A program made the translations under genes and the position numbers. A DNA stretch of 64,000 nt from Octopus vulgaris (taxonomy: Eukaryota). Below are positions 27,128 to 41,726 of this stretch, in pieces (the first letter of the stretch is position 1; every line of letters starts with the position of its first letter). The stretch is from NCBI GenBank assembly GCA_951406725.2, contig OX597827.1, positions 8,432,001 to 8,496,000 on the forward strand. The letters run 5' to 3'. The notes under the pieces were generated by a model that saw only the letters and a program-made list of their open reading frames with translations, was not told the DNA's origin and did no database searches.

Positions 27128-29351
27128 ATATATATATGTATATATATGTGTGTGTGTGTGTGTGTTTGTGTGAGTGTGCGTGTGTCTGTGTGTCTGTGTG
27201 GCTGTGTATACATATATACCTATACATATAAATATAGATATATGTACATATTGCTAGTGATACTACTGCTAACTAATTGCTGTAATGACTATGACCAATT
27301 TGAAACTAACAAACATAATTTCATATGGTACATTTACAAAACCTTTGCAGGCCTCAATGACTGGCAAATATTTTGAACAAGTAACAAACCTATAACCAAA
27401 TATATATTTAGGATTATCTCCTGCTTTACAAAGATTAAACAGAGTAAAATTTATATGACTTTTAAAATAACCTAGGAGTTTATTGTTTAACTAAATAGTT
27501 CGGATTGAGACCTATTTTTCTTTTTAATAACAACAGATAAAACTTATACCATTTAGTAGCTGACAAAAAACTAATTGTTGATAAAAATTGGAACTCCTGA
27601 TTAAATTCCTTAATTAACATACAACACTAATTAATTTCATTACTCTTAAATAAAAAAAATCATGTATAATCAATTAATGATATATAGTAATTAATCTAAA
27701 TAGAAGCAATATGAATGTACATCACATTGTTATAAGCCTAAAAAATAATTATGTGCTCCCCAGTTTCATAACGAGTATAGAGGAAAATGAGATTTGTTTT
27801 GTTAAAGAGATAGAAAATATTGTACGTTTTATATACTGAAAAATTCCATAGAAAACTGTGTTAGTCGATGACAAGTTTTAATAGAAAATAAATTAGATAT
27901 CTGTAAACAGAAATATACATACAATAATATTTGCTTCAAAAAGAATTTGGTATGTACAAAGTAAAAAAAATGAAAGGTTTGCAATTTCCTAAAAATTTGT
28001 TTCTCAAAATAAACTACAGAGAAATTCAGTATCTAGAAATGATGTTATGCAAACAGAAGTAAGAGTAGTTTGGTAAATGATATCAAAAGAATGGCAACAT
28101 TAAATCAAATTTAGAGAAAAAAAAAAAAATACAATCACAGAATATATTCAATTTGAATATCAGTCATATGAAAATAAAAATCCAGGAAAGCAAAAGAAGA
28201 AAAAAGACAGCAATAACATCTATTGTAATATAACATTGAAGAATTTTCACATTAAAGAATAGTCATTGTTTTGTTTTTAGTTCAGTTTTATATCTGGTTT
28301 TATCCCTGTAATATCGGTAATGGTTGGAAATTCAAAGCAAGCTATGCATTGATGGTAAGCTTATCAAATGTCATTCTTTTAAGATATATTATAAAATATG
28401 ACAGTTTGGTAAGGTATTACCAAACTGTCATGTTTTATTGTGTTGAATTATTTTGAGAAAAATCATGTAGAGCCCCTTTTCACTATGGTGTTGTAATATT
28501 GAGATAGAATTAAGAAAATAATTATATTTCTTGCTATGCTTCTTAACCTAGTATTTAAAATTATAGTTAGTCCTTCCTCGTAAGCAATTTAATAAAAATA
28601 TTTTAAATTTCAAACAGATACTTTTTTTATTTTATATTTTTTTACCAAATCAACCAAAACATTCTTTTAACTTTAACTCTATATTTTAATAAGTTGACTT
28701 TTAGCAATCTTTAAGAATCGAAATCAAATTAAAAACAAACTGCTAAATAGTAATTATTTGAACAATCTTATTTCCAATTTTTCAAAGAAATATTATGATG
28801 TAGCACTTTAAAATTATGTTATTGATTCAAGAATATTGTCTGCATTTTATGTTGTATTTTTAACATAGGGAGTGGGGAATTTATAAATGAAAAAATGCTT
28901 TGGCAATCACCATGTGTCACATAGATGAATTTTGCTCTCCGTGTATGAATGTAATATCAAGTATGTTTCATTTTAAGATTGATTTCCTATATGAAAAATT
29001 ACCTTTTTTTATTTTTACACTCTTTTTTCTTTCACTTTGGCAGTCACTGTTTGATTTGCTATTTTAAAGTTAACCAACACTCTGCGGGAAAGTACCTACA
29101 TTAAGATTTAGGAATATGGTGAATTGGTACAGCAGGTAGTGGTTTGGAATATGATGTAAAACTGTTTCTTGTTGGTAGATTCCATATCTGTAGTTTTGTG
29201 TTAGTGTCATTACTACAGACTTGAGATGATTTCAAATCAATAATATCATTGCAATGAGAATTTTGACCCATTTTATATTTGTAGGAAGTTCTGGTAGTGC
29301 CACCACTAGTATTCTTTGCCCTAGTGAGTGTTTGTTTTAAAGACCTCCTAC

Positions 29352-29390
29352 CTGTAGTCGGAAGCAGCTCTGGCTGGCAAATCTTAGCGC
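29352..29390 (-). other. Candidate 39-nt spliced exon (possibly protocadherin 5'UTR)
   Basis: Long pyrimidine tract ...ttctcatctttgcttttcttcAG|GCGCTAAG...GACTACAG|GTAGGA; GC-richer than its surroundings. Confidence 0.4.
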
Positions 29391-30580
29391 CTGAAGAAAA
29401 GCAAAGATGAGAAGAAAAAGAAGAACCAAGTTTAAATTTGGGAAAAGAAAGGTAGCTTTAAACACTGAACAGCAAAAGGAAGAAAAAAAAGCAAAGACCA
29501 GCAGCAAATAAATTTTACAATAAATAATTAAATAAAAAATATCATTGTTTTAAATAAATTAAAATTGAAGTCAATAACCTCAGCTTCCAGGCAAGCAGAT
29601 ATTGAAACAAAAGGTAACTGAGAAATAATGAAAATTAAAAGAGTAAGCTCCAGTTATATATTAAGAATATAACAATGAACTTCTTTAGAATTAAAATAAA
29701 AAAATTAAAAGAAATGATATTTCATGGATTATTAATGATAAGTCAATATCTAATCTTTGATATGCAATACATGAAAGGTATGTTATACACACAGTAAGCC
29801 CTTTGATTGGAAAAGAAACTTAAGGGATCTTGAGTTATAAGTTCCCAAACAAAATCCATAATCTGTTTGAAATTGTGTATAAGATTGATAATTAAGATTA
29901 ATTTTAGTCCATTCATTTCTTAAAATGCTTTATGAACATTGGAAAGAACTAAGTTACAAAATAATGGCTTCTTGTAACTGCCTCATATTCCTTATGATGA
30001 TTTAAATAGTTCCATTCTAAATGCATTCAATGTTTAGAAGTGAAGTTGTATAAAAGTTCTTTAAATAGAATTTTTTTTTTATAAATTACGTTTATAAACT
30101 CTATTATGAGTTCAAGTTCACAAGATTTAAACCTAATGACCTTTGTACTTTTCTTAGGGAGAAGAATGTTCATTCAACTGAGTCTAGGATATTTTGGCTT
30201 CTTTGCTGAGGGACTTGATTATGTACATATGGTATTTTTGTTCAGGCATGATCACAAGCACTACAAAAATTATGTAAATAATTCTAATGGTTTTGGGTAT
30301 TAAAAATATTTTATCACACAGACATTTATGAGAAAATACGTTTACATATTCCCCAGAGACACTCCTGTAAAAATATATGTTAAAAAATTTCGATATGATT
30401 TTAGAACGTCTCAAACGCTAAGAATTCAGAGAAACTAGCAGCATACAATGCAACATACTAAAGGTCGAATTCTTTCTCGAATTTGTAAAAATATGAAAGC
30501 CTACACAATTTCAGGTATGCATTTATAGTTACATGAATTGGAAATCATTATTTTTGCAGATATGTTTATTAACTACTGGT

Positions 30581-30647
<67 letters not shown>

Positions 30648-31123
30648 CACATACACTCACACTAACTTAAAAGCACTGGCAATAGCATGAAATGCAATGA
30701 ACCACTGATGAAGTCTTTACAATTGCTTAACCTGTTAGACATAGCAGCCAAATTTCTCTTGAATTTAATTTTGTCACCAAAAAGCCATATGGACCAGTGA
30801 TAACGATGTTGATTGGCTCAAAATCAGAACATCACAAGTTCAATTCCTGGATCAGGTGACACATTGTAACCTTGAGCAAGATACTTCATTTCATGCTACT
30901 CCAGTCAACTTGACAGTAATAAATGCCAACGAGATGCTGATGCAGCTCAGTCTCTCTCTTTCATTTATAGCTGTGACATCTTAGCTGTTCCGCTGCCTCA
31001 AATTTGGGAGAGCCAAGAGGGAGTCCACATATGCTTGTGACTACATAATCCCTAAAAAAACATTTAATGAAAGTGAGGTACATGTTACAAAGCTATACAC
31101 GCTTGTAAGTGATGGCTGACCAA

Positions 31124-31515
31124 TTTTTTTTTTGGAAGCACTCCGTCGGTTACGACGATGAGGGTTCCGGTTGATCCGAATCAACGGAACAGCCTGCTCG
31201 TGAAATTAACGTGTAAGTGGCTGAGCACTCCACAGACACGTGTACCCTTAACGTAGTTCTCGGGGATATTCAGCGTGACACAGAGAGTGACAAGGCCGGC
31301 CCCTTGAAATGCAGGTACAACAGAAACAGGAAGTAAGAGCGAGAGAAAGTTGTGGTGAAAGAGTACAGCAGGGATCACCACCATCCCCTGCTGGAGCCTC
31401 GTGAAGTTTTAGGTGTTTTCGCTCAATAAACACTCACAACGCCCGGTCTGGGAATCGAAACCGCGATCCTATGACCGCGAGTCCGCTGCCCTAACCACTA
31501 GGCCATTGCGCCTCC
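31124..31515 (-). mobile_element. tRNA-derived SINE family D with poly(A) tail
   Basis: Head GGAGGCGCAATGGCCTAGTGG...GGTTTCGATTCC with an Arg-like TCG loop; A10 tail; TSD atggctgacca at 31112-31122 and 31517-31527. Confidence 0.85.
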
Positions 31516-31872
31516 TATGGCTGACCATACTGTACTCTACATTGATTTTGGACAGATCCATTGAATAGTACAGACCATGTGGTTTTGGGTTCAATCAGAC
31601 TTTATACCACCTTGGACAAATGTCTTCTACTATCACATCAGGCTGGCTAATGCCTTGTCATGATTAGAATTTTTGTCAGGGTGTGTACAGAAGGAAAGAA
31701 CCCCCATTAAAATTCTTAATCTTCAATTTGATGAAATTCGAATCATCTGTATTCCAGTTCATTAGAGAAAACATAAAAAAAAAAATCTAATTCTTCAATT
31801 CCATGTGACATGGGAAATGCCAGGTATCTCTGCTAGTATATATATATATATACACACACATGTATTTGTATA

Positions 31873-32042
31873 CAGGCACAGGCACGACTGTGTAGTAAGA
31901 AGCTTGCTTCCCAACCACATGTTCCATGTTGAGTCCCACTGTGTGGCACCTTGGACAAGTGTGTCTTCTACTATAGCCATGGGCAGACCAAAGCCTTGTG
32001 AATGGATTTGATAGATGGAAAACGAAAGAAGCCCATCGTATA

Positions 32043-32099
<57 letters not shown>

Positions 32100-32400
32100 A
32101 TATATATATATACATATATTTGTGTGTGCATTTATGCATGTGTGCACATATGTTTATGTGTGTGTATATTTGTATGTATGTCTGTGTTTGTCCCCCACCA
32201 TCGCTTGACAACCAATGTTGGTGTGTTTACATCCCCTGTAACTTAGCGGTTCAGCAAAAGAAACCAATAGAATAAGTACTAGGCTTACAAAGAATAAGCC
32301 CTGGGGGTCAATTTCTTCAACCAAAAAAAAAAACCCTTTAAGGTGGTGCTCCAGCATGGCCTCTCAGTCAAACGACAGAAACAAGTAAAAGAATATAAAA
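31873..32400 (+). mobile_element. SINE family A with expanded internal microsatellite
   Basis: Head, long (TA)n and tail all match the family. Confidence 0.8.
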
Positions 32401-33229
32401 ATAAAATTTTATTGGGCTTCAATTTAGATCCCTTTAAAACTGAAAGTTTGTACCACAGAACTAAAAGCGGTCTTGGCCAGCGTGGTATCAAAAAAGTCAG
32501 TGTTCATGATGGAAGTGAAGCTTGGTGCAATTGGCAGTGCATTCGCAGAGATGTGCTGAGTGAGTCCTGTGGAATTGCTTGCTTATCCATATTTGTTTAT
32601 CCTAGATTGGTATTTGTAAAGGTCTTGCATTTTTTTATATTCGAAATCTTATCCTTTAATGTATGACTTTGAATTATACATGTTGATGAAGTTGATAATC
32701 TTCATAAACATCAAACTTAGCTGTGTTACTAGGCTTTGTTATACAGTTGTGAGAATATACCACCTACTCAGGGTAAAGTGCCAATGAAATTATCTGTGGT
32801 ACTCATGTGATATGAATGTTTTTGTGATATACGCTTATATCACTAAAACATTTATATAACCGAAATATTAAAATTACTAAGTCTCTCTATAAGAGATTAC
32901 GGCAGCGTTACTGGAAATTAATTGTTATCGCCATATTAATATGGCAGTCTTATAGATATAAGACTAAAGCTGTTGCTGATTAGCTCCATGAGGCCATCGC
33001 CTCTAGCTAGCTATTTGATACACAAACTGTGTCCATTATAACCCTAATTTGATAGAAGATGGCAAAGTCTTTGTGTAATCAAAAATTACAGTCACTGAGA
33101 ATGCAATAGGTATGACAGTCATATCTTACAGAGGTTTAAGTTTTCTTTTTTTCTCGTCCTGTATTAGTGGTCCAAAAAGTCTTGCAAAATTCATATTTAG
33201 AATATCAATCATTAATGTACACATTTTCT

Positions 33230-33463
33230 TATTTCTTTATTATCCACGAAGGGGTAAACATAGATGGGACAAACAAGGACAAACAAAGGGATTAAGTCGA
33301 TTACATCGACCCCAGTGCTTAACTGGTACTTAATTTATCGACCCCGAAAGTATGAAAGGCAATGTCGACCTAGGTGGAATTTGAACTCTGAATGTAACGG
33401 CAGACGAAATACCACTAAGCATTTCGCCCGGCGTGCTAACGTTTCTGCCAGCTCAATGCCTTA
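33230..33463 (-). mobile_element. SINE family B with 16-bp TSD
   Basis: TSD aatgtacacattttct at 33214-33229 and 33464-33479. Confidence 0.9.
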
Positions 33464-33522
33464 AATGTACACATTTTCTGCTCACACACATGCACACATA
33501 TGCACACATTCATACATATACA

Positions 33523-33603
<81 letters not shown>

Positions 33604-34034
33604 TCACATGCACACACACTCACATACACACACTCACACACATATTCACTCACTGAGACTCATACACACATACACAGAAAAAAAAAAGAGAGGGTTGAAA
33701 CACATGCAAACAGGTATTTATGAAGGCATACACTTGCAGACATATAGACAACATGCTTATAGATATGTTGCTTATAAATATGTCTGTATATATATATATA
33801 TATATACATGCACACAGTATTACACATATGATAAGGCAAAAACCATTGCTGTAGTCTTCTGTAATCTACAAAATATCTACAATTTACACTATTATCAACA
33901 TTCTAAAACACTATTACAACATACTAAAATTATCTTCACTCCATTTGCTCTAGACAAATGCAATCTCTTTATACATTCACAGTAAAAGAGTTGCAAAGCT
34001 CTCTCTCTCTCTCTCATAACCAAAGAAGCAGTTA

Positions 34035-34085
34035 TCAATCATCATTACTGTCACCATCCTCCTCCTCCTCATCATCATCATCATC

Positions 34086-34134
<49 letters not shown>

Positions 34135-34247
34135 CCATCATTATCATCATCATCATCATCATCATCCTCATCATCATCATCATCCTCATCCTCATCCACA
34201 TCCTCCTCCTCATCATCATCATCATCATCATCATCCTCATCATCATT

Positions 34248-34308
<61 letters not shown>

Positions 34309-34372
34309 CCATCACCATCATCATCATCAACATCATCATCATCAGCAGCAGCAGCAACAACAACAACGCCAT
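34035..34372. repeat. (CAT)n trinucleotide array
   Basis: Direct inspection. Confidence 0.95.
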
Positions 34373-35347
34373 CACTAATAAGGAAAAAAAATGTCTTTTT
34401 AACATCATCGTCCATTTAAATCCCATGTTTGGAGTGCAGGGTTTTGTCCAGCACACTCCACAGCTGATATCGATGTTGTTAATACTCAGCCACGTTTTGA
34501 GCTTATTATGTGAGCTTTGCTATTCAGCATGTTAACATTACATACATATTTGATGGACCACACTTGCTTCATCTCTCTCTCTCTCTCTGGCATTGCAGAT
34601 CTGCCATCCACATTCAGTACCTGTCTTACTATCAAGCAGTCTTATGCATACCTCCAGTAGCATAACTAAAAAAGGGAGGGCCTTAGGTGTAGTCCACTCT
34701 GAGTTGTGCTTTTATAGGGACAGCACTTTTGTGTCAATCTACTGTAAAACCTGTATAGGGAGCATGAGTGCAGCAAATACAGGGGCTGGCCTGGGAGGCA
34801 CACAGGTCTAGCTAAACCACCACATACCTTATAAATAATGTCTTTCGATTTAGATAAACAAAATCTTTGTTGCTAACTGAAGCAACAACCCTTCCTCACC
34901 ACAAAAACAGAAATTCAATTATTCCATTCCTTATTTTGGTAACGCCTCTCATAAATTGCATGGAATTTAAAAGAGCTCTTGGGTACAGACTAAATCTACT
35001 TTATATAGCAGTGTCTTGTATATGTAATTTATTAAGCTGAAACAATTTGAATAACCGAGATTATATTTTGGAAATATATATATATATTTGACATTTTGGC
35101 TATGATCTGAGAATGCCTCAACACTAAGAATGCAAGATGATAAAAGATGGGCTACTGAATTTCTCCCCAAATTTTGAAGAAACATGAAAATCCACACAGT
35201 TTCAGATATGCATTTTGTGGTAGTTATATGAATTGGAAATCATTAATTTGCTAATCAAGTTGCACACACACACACAAAAAAAAAAAAATGCACACACACA
35301 CGTGCAAACACTTGTGCACAAACATGCACATGCATACTCAGAAACAT

Positions 35348-35569
<222 letters not shown>

Positions 35570-35873
35570 CATGCATAAGACATACAGAAGCTTATCAAGT
35601 ACACTAGAGATAACAAGAAAAAAAAATGAGCCCCACTGAGTCTCTACAGGATTTCTCGATCATTGTAATTAGAAGATAAAATCTCCCTCTAGAGATATTT
35701 GAAATATATTAGCAACACCATAGAAAGTAGGACTCCAAAAATAACAGCTATTCCATATTTTTGGGGGAAAATACACTCAATGTGAATAAGAATGGAACCT
35801 TTCTTCAAACCCAGTTAGTGGAAGCAATTCTGCATGGAAACAGCACAAGAACTACTTAGAACCATCATAAATA

Positions 35874-36290
35874 GGCGCAGGAGTGGCTGTGTGGTAAGTA
35901 GCTTGCTAACCAACCACATGGTTCCGGGTTCAGTCCCACTGCGTGGCATCTTGGGCAAGTGTCTTCTGCTATAGCCCCGGGCCGACCAATGCCTTGTGAG
36001 TGGATTTGGTAGACGGAAACTGAAAGAAGCCTGTCGTATATATGTATATATATATATATGTTTGTGTGTGTATATGTTTGTGTGTCTGTGTTTGTCCCCC
36101 TAGCATTGCTTGACAACCGATGCTGGTGTGTTTACGTCCCCGTCACTTAGCGGTTCGGCAAAAAGAGACCGATAGAATAAGTACTGGGCTTACAAAAGAA
36201 TAAGTCCCGGGGTCGAGTTGCTCGATTAAAGGCGGTGCTCCAGCATGGCCGCAGTCAAATGACTGAAACAAGTAAAAGAGTAAAAGAGTA
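35874..36290 (+). mobile_element. SINE family A (young, full length)
   Basis: ggcgcaggagtggctgtgtgg...gggttcagtccc...gaaacaagtaaaagagtaaaagagta. Confidence 0.9.
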
Positions 36291-36681
36291 ATTGTTTCAA
36301 ATGTCTATTTTATCATGCTTCCACAGGTCAGATGAGCCAATGATAGGGGGAAACGTTTTCTACAGCTGGATGCATTTCCAGATGCCAAATGGTACTTGTT
36401 TCCATCCTGAGGAAAATAATTTCTCAGTCTATCAAATAACAAACAACCCAAACATTATTATGTGGAGAACAAGAAACGACACTATGAAAGCGTCTTTTGT
36501 CTACAAGAAGCCCAGACATGCTATTGTGGTAACTGCAAGTAAACAGCACCATCACTGAAGCCATTGTTTACAACCAGTGAACAAACACATGCACAGACAC
36601 ACAGAGTAATACATACAGATATGTGTATACATGCATGCACACACACATGCATATATAAGCATATATATGTGTTTGTGTGAG

Positions 36682-36793
<112 letters not shown>

Positions 36794-36884
36794 TATATAT
36801 ATATTCATGTACATATATATAAATGTATGTATGTAGATGTAGAGAGAGAGATAGAGAGTGGGGAGAGGTACACAAACAGATAGA

Positions 36885-37240
36885 TCATGTCCTGGATATG
36901 ATTTTAAACTGCATCTGGTTGTGGGACCCTAGTTCTGGAGTTCAGGAGTTCCAAGATTCTGTGGAGTGTGGAACCACCTTTAGCTACTATTAATCCCTGG
37001 GTCTTCTCTGACCCTAAGTAGTAGCACCTGCTAGGGTTCCAGCTACAGATCAATTAACATGTTATGCTAAATAATTAGCACACACTGCCTTGAAAGGGAA
37101 GGCTAGGAGAGACAACCTAGAATGCAAGTCAAGGAGTGGAGTCCCTAAGTGGTCCAGTGCCCCTTTTGATGCCCTTCTGGCAAATCCTGAGTAGGCAGAG
37201 CTCTCCAGCCCTGTAGGGAAATTCCTCTAGGAGAAGGCCA
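36885..37240 (+). mobile_element. Degenerate retroposon fragment (resembles RTE 5'UTR-derived sequence)
   Basis: GC-richer block taaactgcatctgg...ggagtgtgga...ctctgaccc...ctaggagaagg; recognised by resemblance only. Confidence 0.35.
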
Positions 37241-37516
37241 CACAATACACACCAATATCTTTATTATACACCGCCATCACCATCTCCACCACCAAAAATC
37301 CATGCTTTTCTAAGCTTGCAAGCAACACATATATTTATGAGCAAAAATAAATTATATATTTTTATCGAGACATGCCATGAAGCAGTGTGTATGTATGTGT
37401 GCATATGTGTGTGTGTGTGTGTGTGTGTGTGCTAGTATCTAATATGGTGCATGCCATGAGATTTTGTTAATGGAATTGAAGACAAAAGAAGGAAGTGATA
37501 TAGCTGTGATAAATAC

Positions 37517-37676
37517 CTTTAACTTCTTCGTAGACTGCAGCATTTCCTTCACTCAAGCCACACCCACCTTCAGCACAAGATACTGTGGACATCACACTGT
37601 AATGGTAAGGGGCACAGATTGCTCTTTCTTTAGCTTTTTCACAAGAAGATAGACCAGTGTTCATTTGAACACATAT
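37517..37676 (-). other. Candidate spliced exon
   Basis: T-rich tract then acacAG|ATATG...GTTAAAG|GTATTT (alternative donor GAAG|GTGGGT at 37568); unique, non-repetitive sequence. Confidence 0.25.
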
Positions 37677-37835
37677 CTGTGTACAGTGAAAATAAAATAA
37701 AATAAAACAAAAAAAAAAGACAAACAAACAGAAAAGAAAGCAAATGAAGCAGAGAAGATGGATGGTATTATAGAATTCAAACCTTGAAAGGAGAAAAGAA
37801 CTGCAAAAATAAGTGTTTTTATTTCTTCATTATTA

Positions 37836-37926
<91 letters not shown>

Positions 37927-38032
37927 CTAATGAAAGAAATCATATCATAAGTTTGTCAGTAGCTTTCCAATGAAGAAAATGGTAGTGAATTTTACATTGA
38001 AATTTGACCAAAGATGTTGCAGCAGCCGCATT

Positions 38033-38192
38033 TGAGGGGTGCGGAAAAGTTTTTTGCTTTGAGGAAAAGAATATATAAGAGAATCTGTTAATTATGATTT
38101 CATTCAACACATTCCCTTCTTAGATTCACACACTTATTGCAATGGTCCTTCGGCTTTTCTAAGCCCTGTAAAAGAACTCAGAAGTTTGGTTC
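38033..38192 (-). mobile_element. Degenerate partial copy of the same mariner MITE
   Basis: gaggggtgcggaaaagt end plus attcaacacattcc...cacttattgca...ttttctaagccct, the reverse complement of the 10252 copy. Confidence 0.55.
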
Positions 38193-38366
38193 TAAAAGGG
38201 GAGTGAGGTAGTCCTCATAAGTTAATCTGTATTATATCCAGTCAAATATTTGTGCAGTTTAGAGGTTAAGTCATTGAGGCTGTTTAGTCCTGTGTCTCCT
38301 GTCTACTCTGATTGAGCAGATCTATGTTTAGAGGCATTCTAGCAGTGATCAGCCAAACTTTTTGAT

Positions 38367-38803
38367 TCTCACTTACTGGTACTTGTGACGGCGTTCACCC
38401 AGGGCGGGTTGAGCCGGCTTCTTCTCTGGTCCTGACAGCATCATGAACCATAGCGACCCACGCTCAATGGTCCTGTACAAGGTCACTGGAGATAGCAAGC
38501 CATTCACGGTTCCATCTGCATAGACAGACCACCTGTGGACCTGAGATTTTGGAGAGGTCCTCCTTTATCGTCGTTGCTCAGGTCTTCAGCTGCCCGCCCC
38601 TGCGTTTGCGCCAGCTGGGAAGTGGAGGTGGGAGGAGGACATCGTGAATCAGCTCACCCTCTGGACACCGGGCCACACGACCGAACCACCTTAAGCACCA
38701 TTGTAGAAGCACCAAAGGAGATTCAGGCGATAACGAAGACCGGCTGTAGGAACCCGATCAATGCATTCGGCAGCGACGAATGCGGTGGAGACAGTCTTCA
38801 TAG
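38367..38803 (-). mobile_element. 5'-truncated RTE-clade LINE 3' end (pseudogenised)
   Basis: Minus frame LRWFGRVAR...WRKRRGGQLKT*ATTIKEDL...RWNREW...QDH*AW, typical of RTE C-termini; short-repeat tail (acaagtaccagtaagt); 13-bp TSD caaactttttgat at 38354-38366 and 38804-38816. Confidence 0.85.
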
Positions 38804-39170
38804 CAAACTTTTTGATGGGATATTCTTTCATTATTTTACTTGTTTTAATTATTGGACTATGGCTATGCTGGAGCATCACCTTGAATGGTTTTGTCAGTCA
38901 TTGTGATCCAGTTTCAAATTTTGAAAATCAGACATCTGCCACATAAAATTATCACACAAGTGGCAGGGCATTCCATAAACACCTACAGATTATATGTAAC
39001 TCCAAAGTTAAATACAGGATGTGTCAGAGCTATGTTTTGTATCTGCTTGGAATAGAAATGTACTCTGTCCATTTTTAGGTGTATCTGTTTATTTCAATGA
39101 ATTTCGTTAGGGTTTTGTATTCTCTATGAAAATAGGAAAATACATAAATTTTTAGGTTTTAAATTATGGA

Positions 39171-39209
<39 letters not shown>

Positions 39210-39710
39210 GTGCGTGTGTTTATCTGTGTTTGTCCCCCTCCACTGCCTGACAACTGGTGTTAGTCTATTTACATCCCTGTAACTTAGCACTTTGGCAAAA
39301 GAGATCAATACAATCAGTACTGGGTTTTAAAAGAAGAATTATGTACTAGGGTTGATTCATTTGACAAAAATTCTTCAAAGTTAAAAGAGAAGAAGATATA
39401 TATACTGAATAATATACTGATAATTATTTTAGATTTTAGCTTTAAGAATATATAAGAATGTACAAGTGAGAAACTGAGGAAACTAATGTAAAATTGAAAA
39501 TGAATTACCACTTTAAGTTTGTGCAGATGTAGAAGTTATTAAGTAACTATTTTCACTTAAGTAACAAAGTCAATATAAATGTAACACAAACTCTGTCTTC
39601 TTGAAGTGCACAGATAGCTTTATAAAAAGTAAATCAAGTTTCAAAATGAAAGTATTTTAGTATGTACTCATCATATGATAACACTATCATAGTGTAAATA
39701 AACATATTTA

Positions 39711-39881
39711 GGCGCAGGAGTGGCTGTGTGGTAAGTAGCTTGCTAACCAACCACATGGTTCCGGGTTCAGTCCCACTGCATGGCATCTTGGGCAAGTGTC
39801 TTCTGCTATAGCCCCGGACCGACCAATGCCTTGTGAGTGGATTTGGTAGACGGAAACTGAAAGAAGCCTGTCGTATATATG

Positions 39882-39918
<37 letters not shown>

Positions 39919-40128
39919 TTGTGTGTCTGTGTTTGTCCCCCTAGCATTGCTTGACGACCGATGCTGATGTGTTTACGTCCCAATCACTTAGCGGTTCGGC
40001 AAAAGAGACCGATAGAATAAGTATGGGCTTACAAAGAATAAGTCCCAGGGTCGATTTGCTCGACTAAAGGCGGTGCTCCAGCATGGCCGCAGTCAAATGA
40101 CTGAAACAAGTAAAAGAGTAAAAGAGTA
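39711..40128 (+). mobile_element. SINE family A
   Basis: Full length; short TSD tattta. Confidence 0.9.
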
Positions 40129-40721
40129 TATTTAAATATTAAAAATTTAAATTACAGAAATTTATTACTCATAGCCACCTTCTACTGAGAGAACAATAGT
40201 TAAGTTAGTATTAATATATTCTATGTTGTGAGCATTAATAGTCTAGATTCTCTCATTACTATTTCAGCATGTACAATAAAGTCTATGCTTATCTGAGGAG
40301 ATTCAATAATAATTAAATCTTTTTTGCTGTGTCGCCTTCTGTGCTTATTCATTTACTGTATTTTCATTTTACATAATAATTTATCAACAGTAGCGTTAGA
40401 GGTTTCTAAGGGGCCAATCCCTAGTTCATGCTATTTCCAAAGGTAAGATTAAAAAGGGCTGTATGGTATATCAAATACCATACAACATAAGTTCTTGATG
40501 TAAAAAATTATTTTTGCCTTAAAATGATGAGCAATAATTGCCAAATAGCAATCGAGCCCTGCTCCATTTTAGAAAAGAAGATAATCTGAAGAATGCAAGA
40601 ATTCTCTGGAGTTGACATGCCTGGAAGTAAGGGGTCAGTTGTGGACATATGGTTCTGGCTCTTACACAACTTATTACATGTTTTATGAAATATTATATTA
40701 AATCATTAAACTATTAATATT

Positions 40722-40930
40722 TTGCAGCATGGAAGGTGTTTATAAGCCATTTAAAAAACACACAAAAACCGTTAGATTCTCTTCAACATTTAAATTTAAT
40801 TTGTCAAAATATTTTCAGCGCGGTCTCAAAGTGACGAAAATATTTTGACAAATTAAATTTAAATGTTGAAGTGAATCTAACGGTTTTTGTGTGTTTCTTA
40901 AATGGCTTATAAACACCTTCCACGCTGCAA
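40722..40930. repeat. 95-bp near-perfect inverted repeat with a 19-nt spacer
   Basis: Arms 40722-40816 and 40836-40930, about 3 mismatches. Confidence 0.9.
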
Positions 40931-41492
40931 TTATTTTCGTTCCAGCACACGATCTCAGATCAAGTTACTCGCTATGCAAGTACATCTCTGTAATATTTAT
41001 ATTTTATGATACGAGAAATTTTATCCCGAGCAAACCATCCTATAAAGCATTTCAGCATGAAGGAAAAAGTTTCTTGTTAACTTGCATCAAACTGGGCACA
41101 ATTACATTGGTCCCTCATTATGTCTTTCAAAACTAAAAATATTTGGGGTCGTTACTCTTTAAGAAAATTGTGGCTGTTGGAGGCTTACACTTCCATCCAC
41201 CTTAAAAGAATCCTCAAAAAATCTTCCAAAATTCATCTGAGGATTCTCAGCCAATTTGGAGATATCTGGGAGACTTGAAGATAATTGAGTATCAATTGAA
41301 TCAACTCCAGTATTTGACTGATACTTGGATTTTATTTGATCTGGAAGGATAGAAGACAAAGCTAACCATGGAAGAATTTGAACATAGAACGAAGGGGGCC
41401 AGAAATTAATGCCACAAGACATTTTCACTTATATTCTAAACAGAATATATTTCACCTTGTTCGTTCTCTTCACCAATTAACCATGAACTACC

Positions 41493-41726
41493 TATTTCTT
41501 TATTACCCACAAGGGGCTAAACTTAGAGAGGACAAACAACGACAGACATAGGTATTAAGTCGATTACATCGACCCCAGTGCATAACTGGTACTTAATTTA
41601 TCAACCCCGAAAGGATGAAAGGTAAAGTCGACCTCGGCGGAATTTGAACTCACAACGTAATGGCAGACGAATACGGCTACGCATTTCGCCCGGCGCGCTA
41701 ACGTTTCTGCCAGCTCGCCGCCTTAT
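41493..41726 (-). mobile_element. SINE family B with 17-bp TSD
   Basis: TSD attaaccatgaactacc at 41476-41492 and 41727-41743. Confidence 0.9.

Noticed and set aside
31440-31515. tRNA gene (also 60790-60870 and family A/B heads)
   Set aside because: No complete cloverleaf or acceptor stem; each continues into a SINE body with a tail or TSD.
32435-32505. Hairpin taccac...gtggta with hammerhead-like spacing on the minus strand
   Set aside because: Both catalytic boxes are unrecognisable.
33958-34456. Poly-S / poly-D / poly-M ORFs
   Set aside because: All frames of a (CAT)n array; no splice or domain support.
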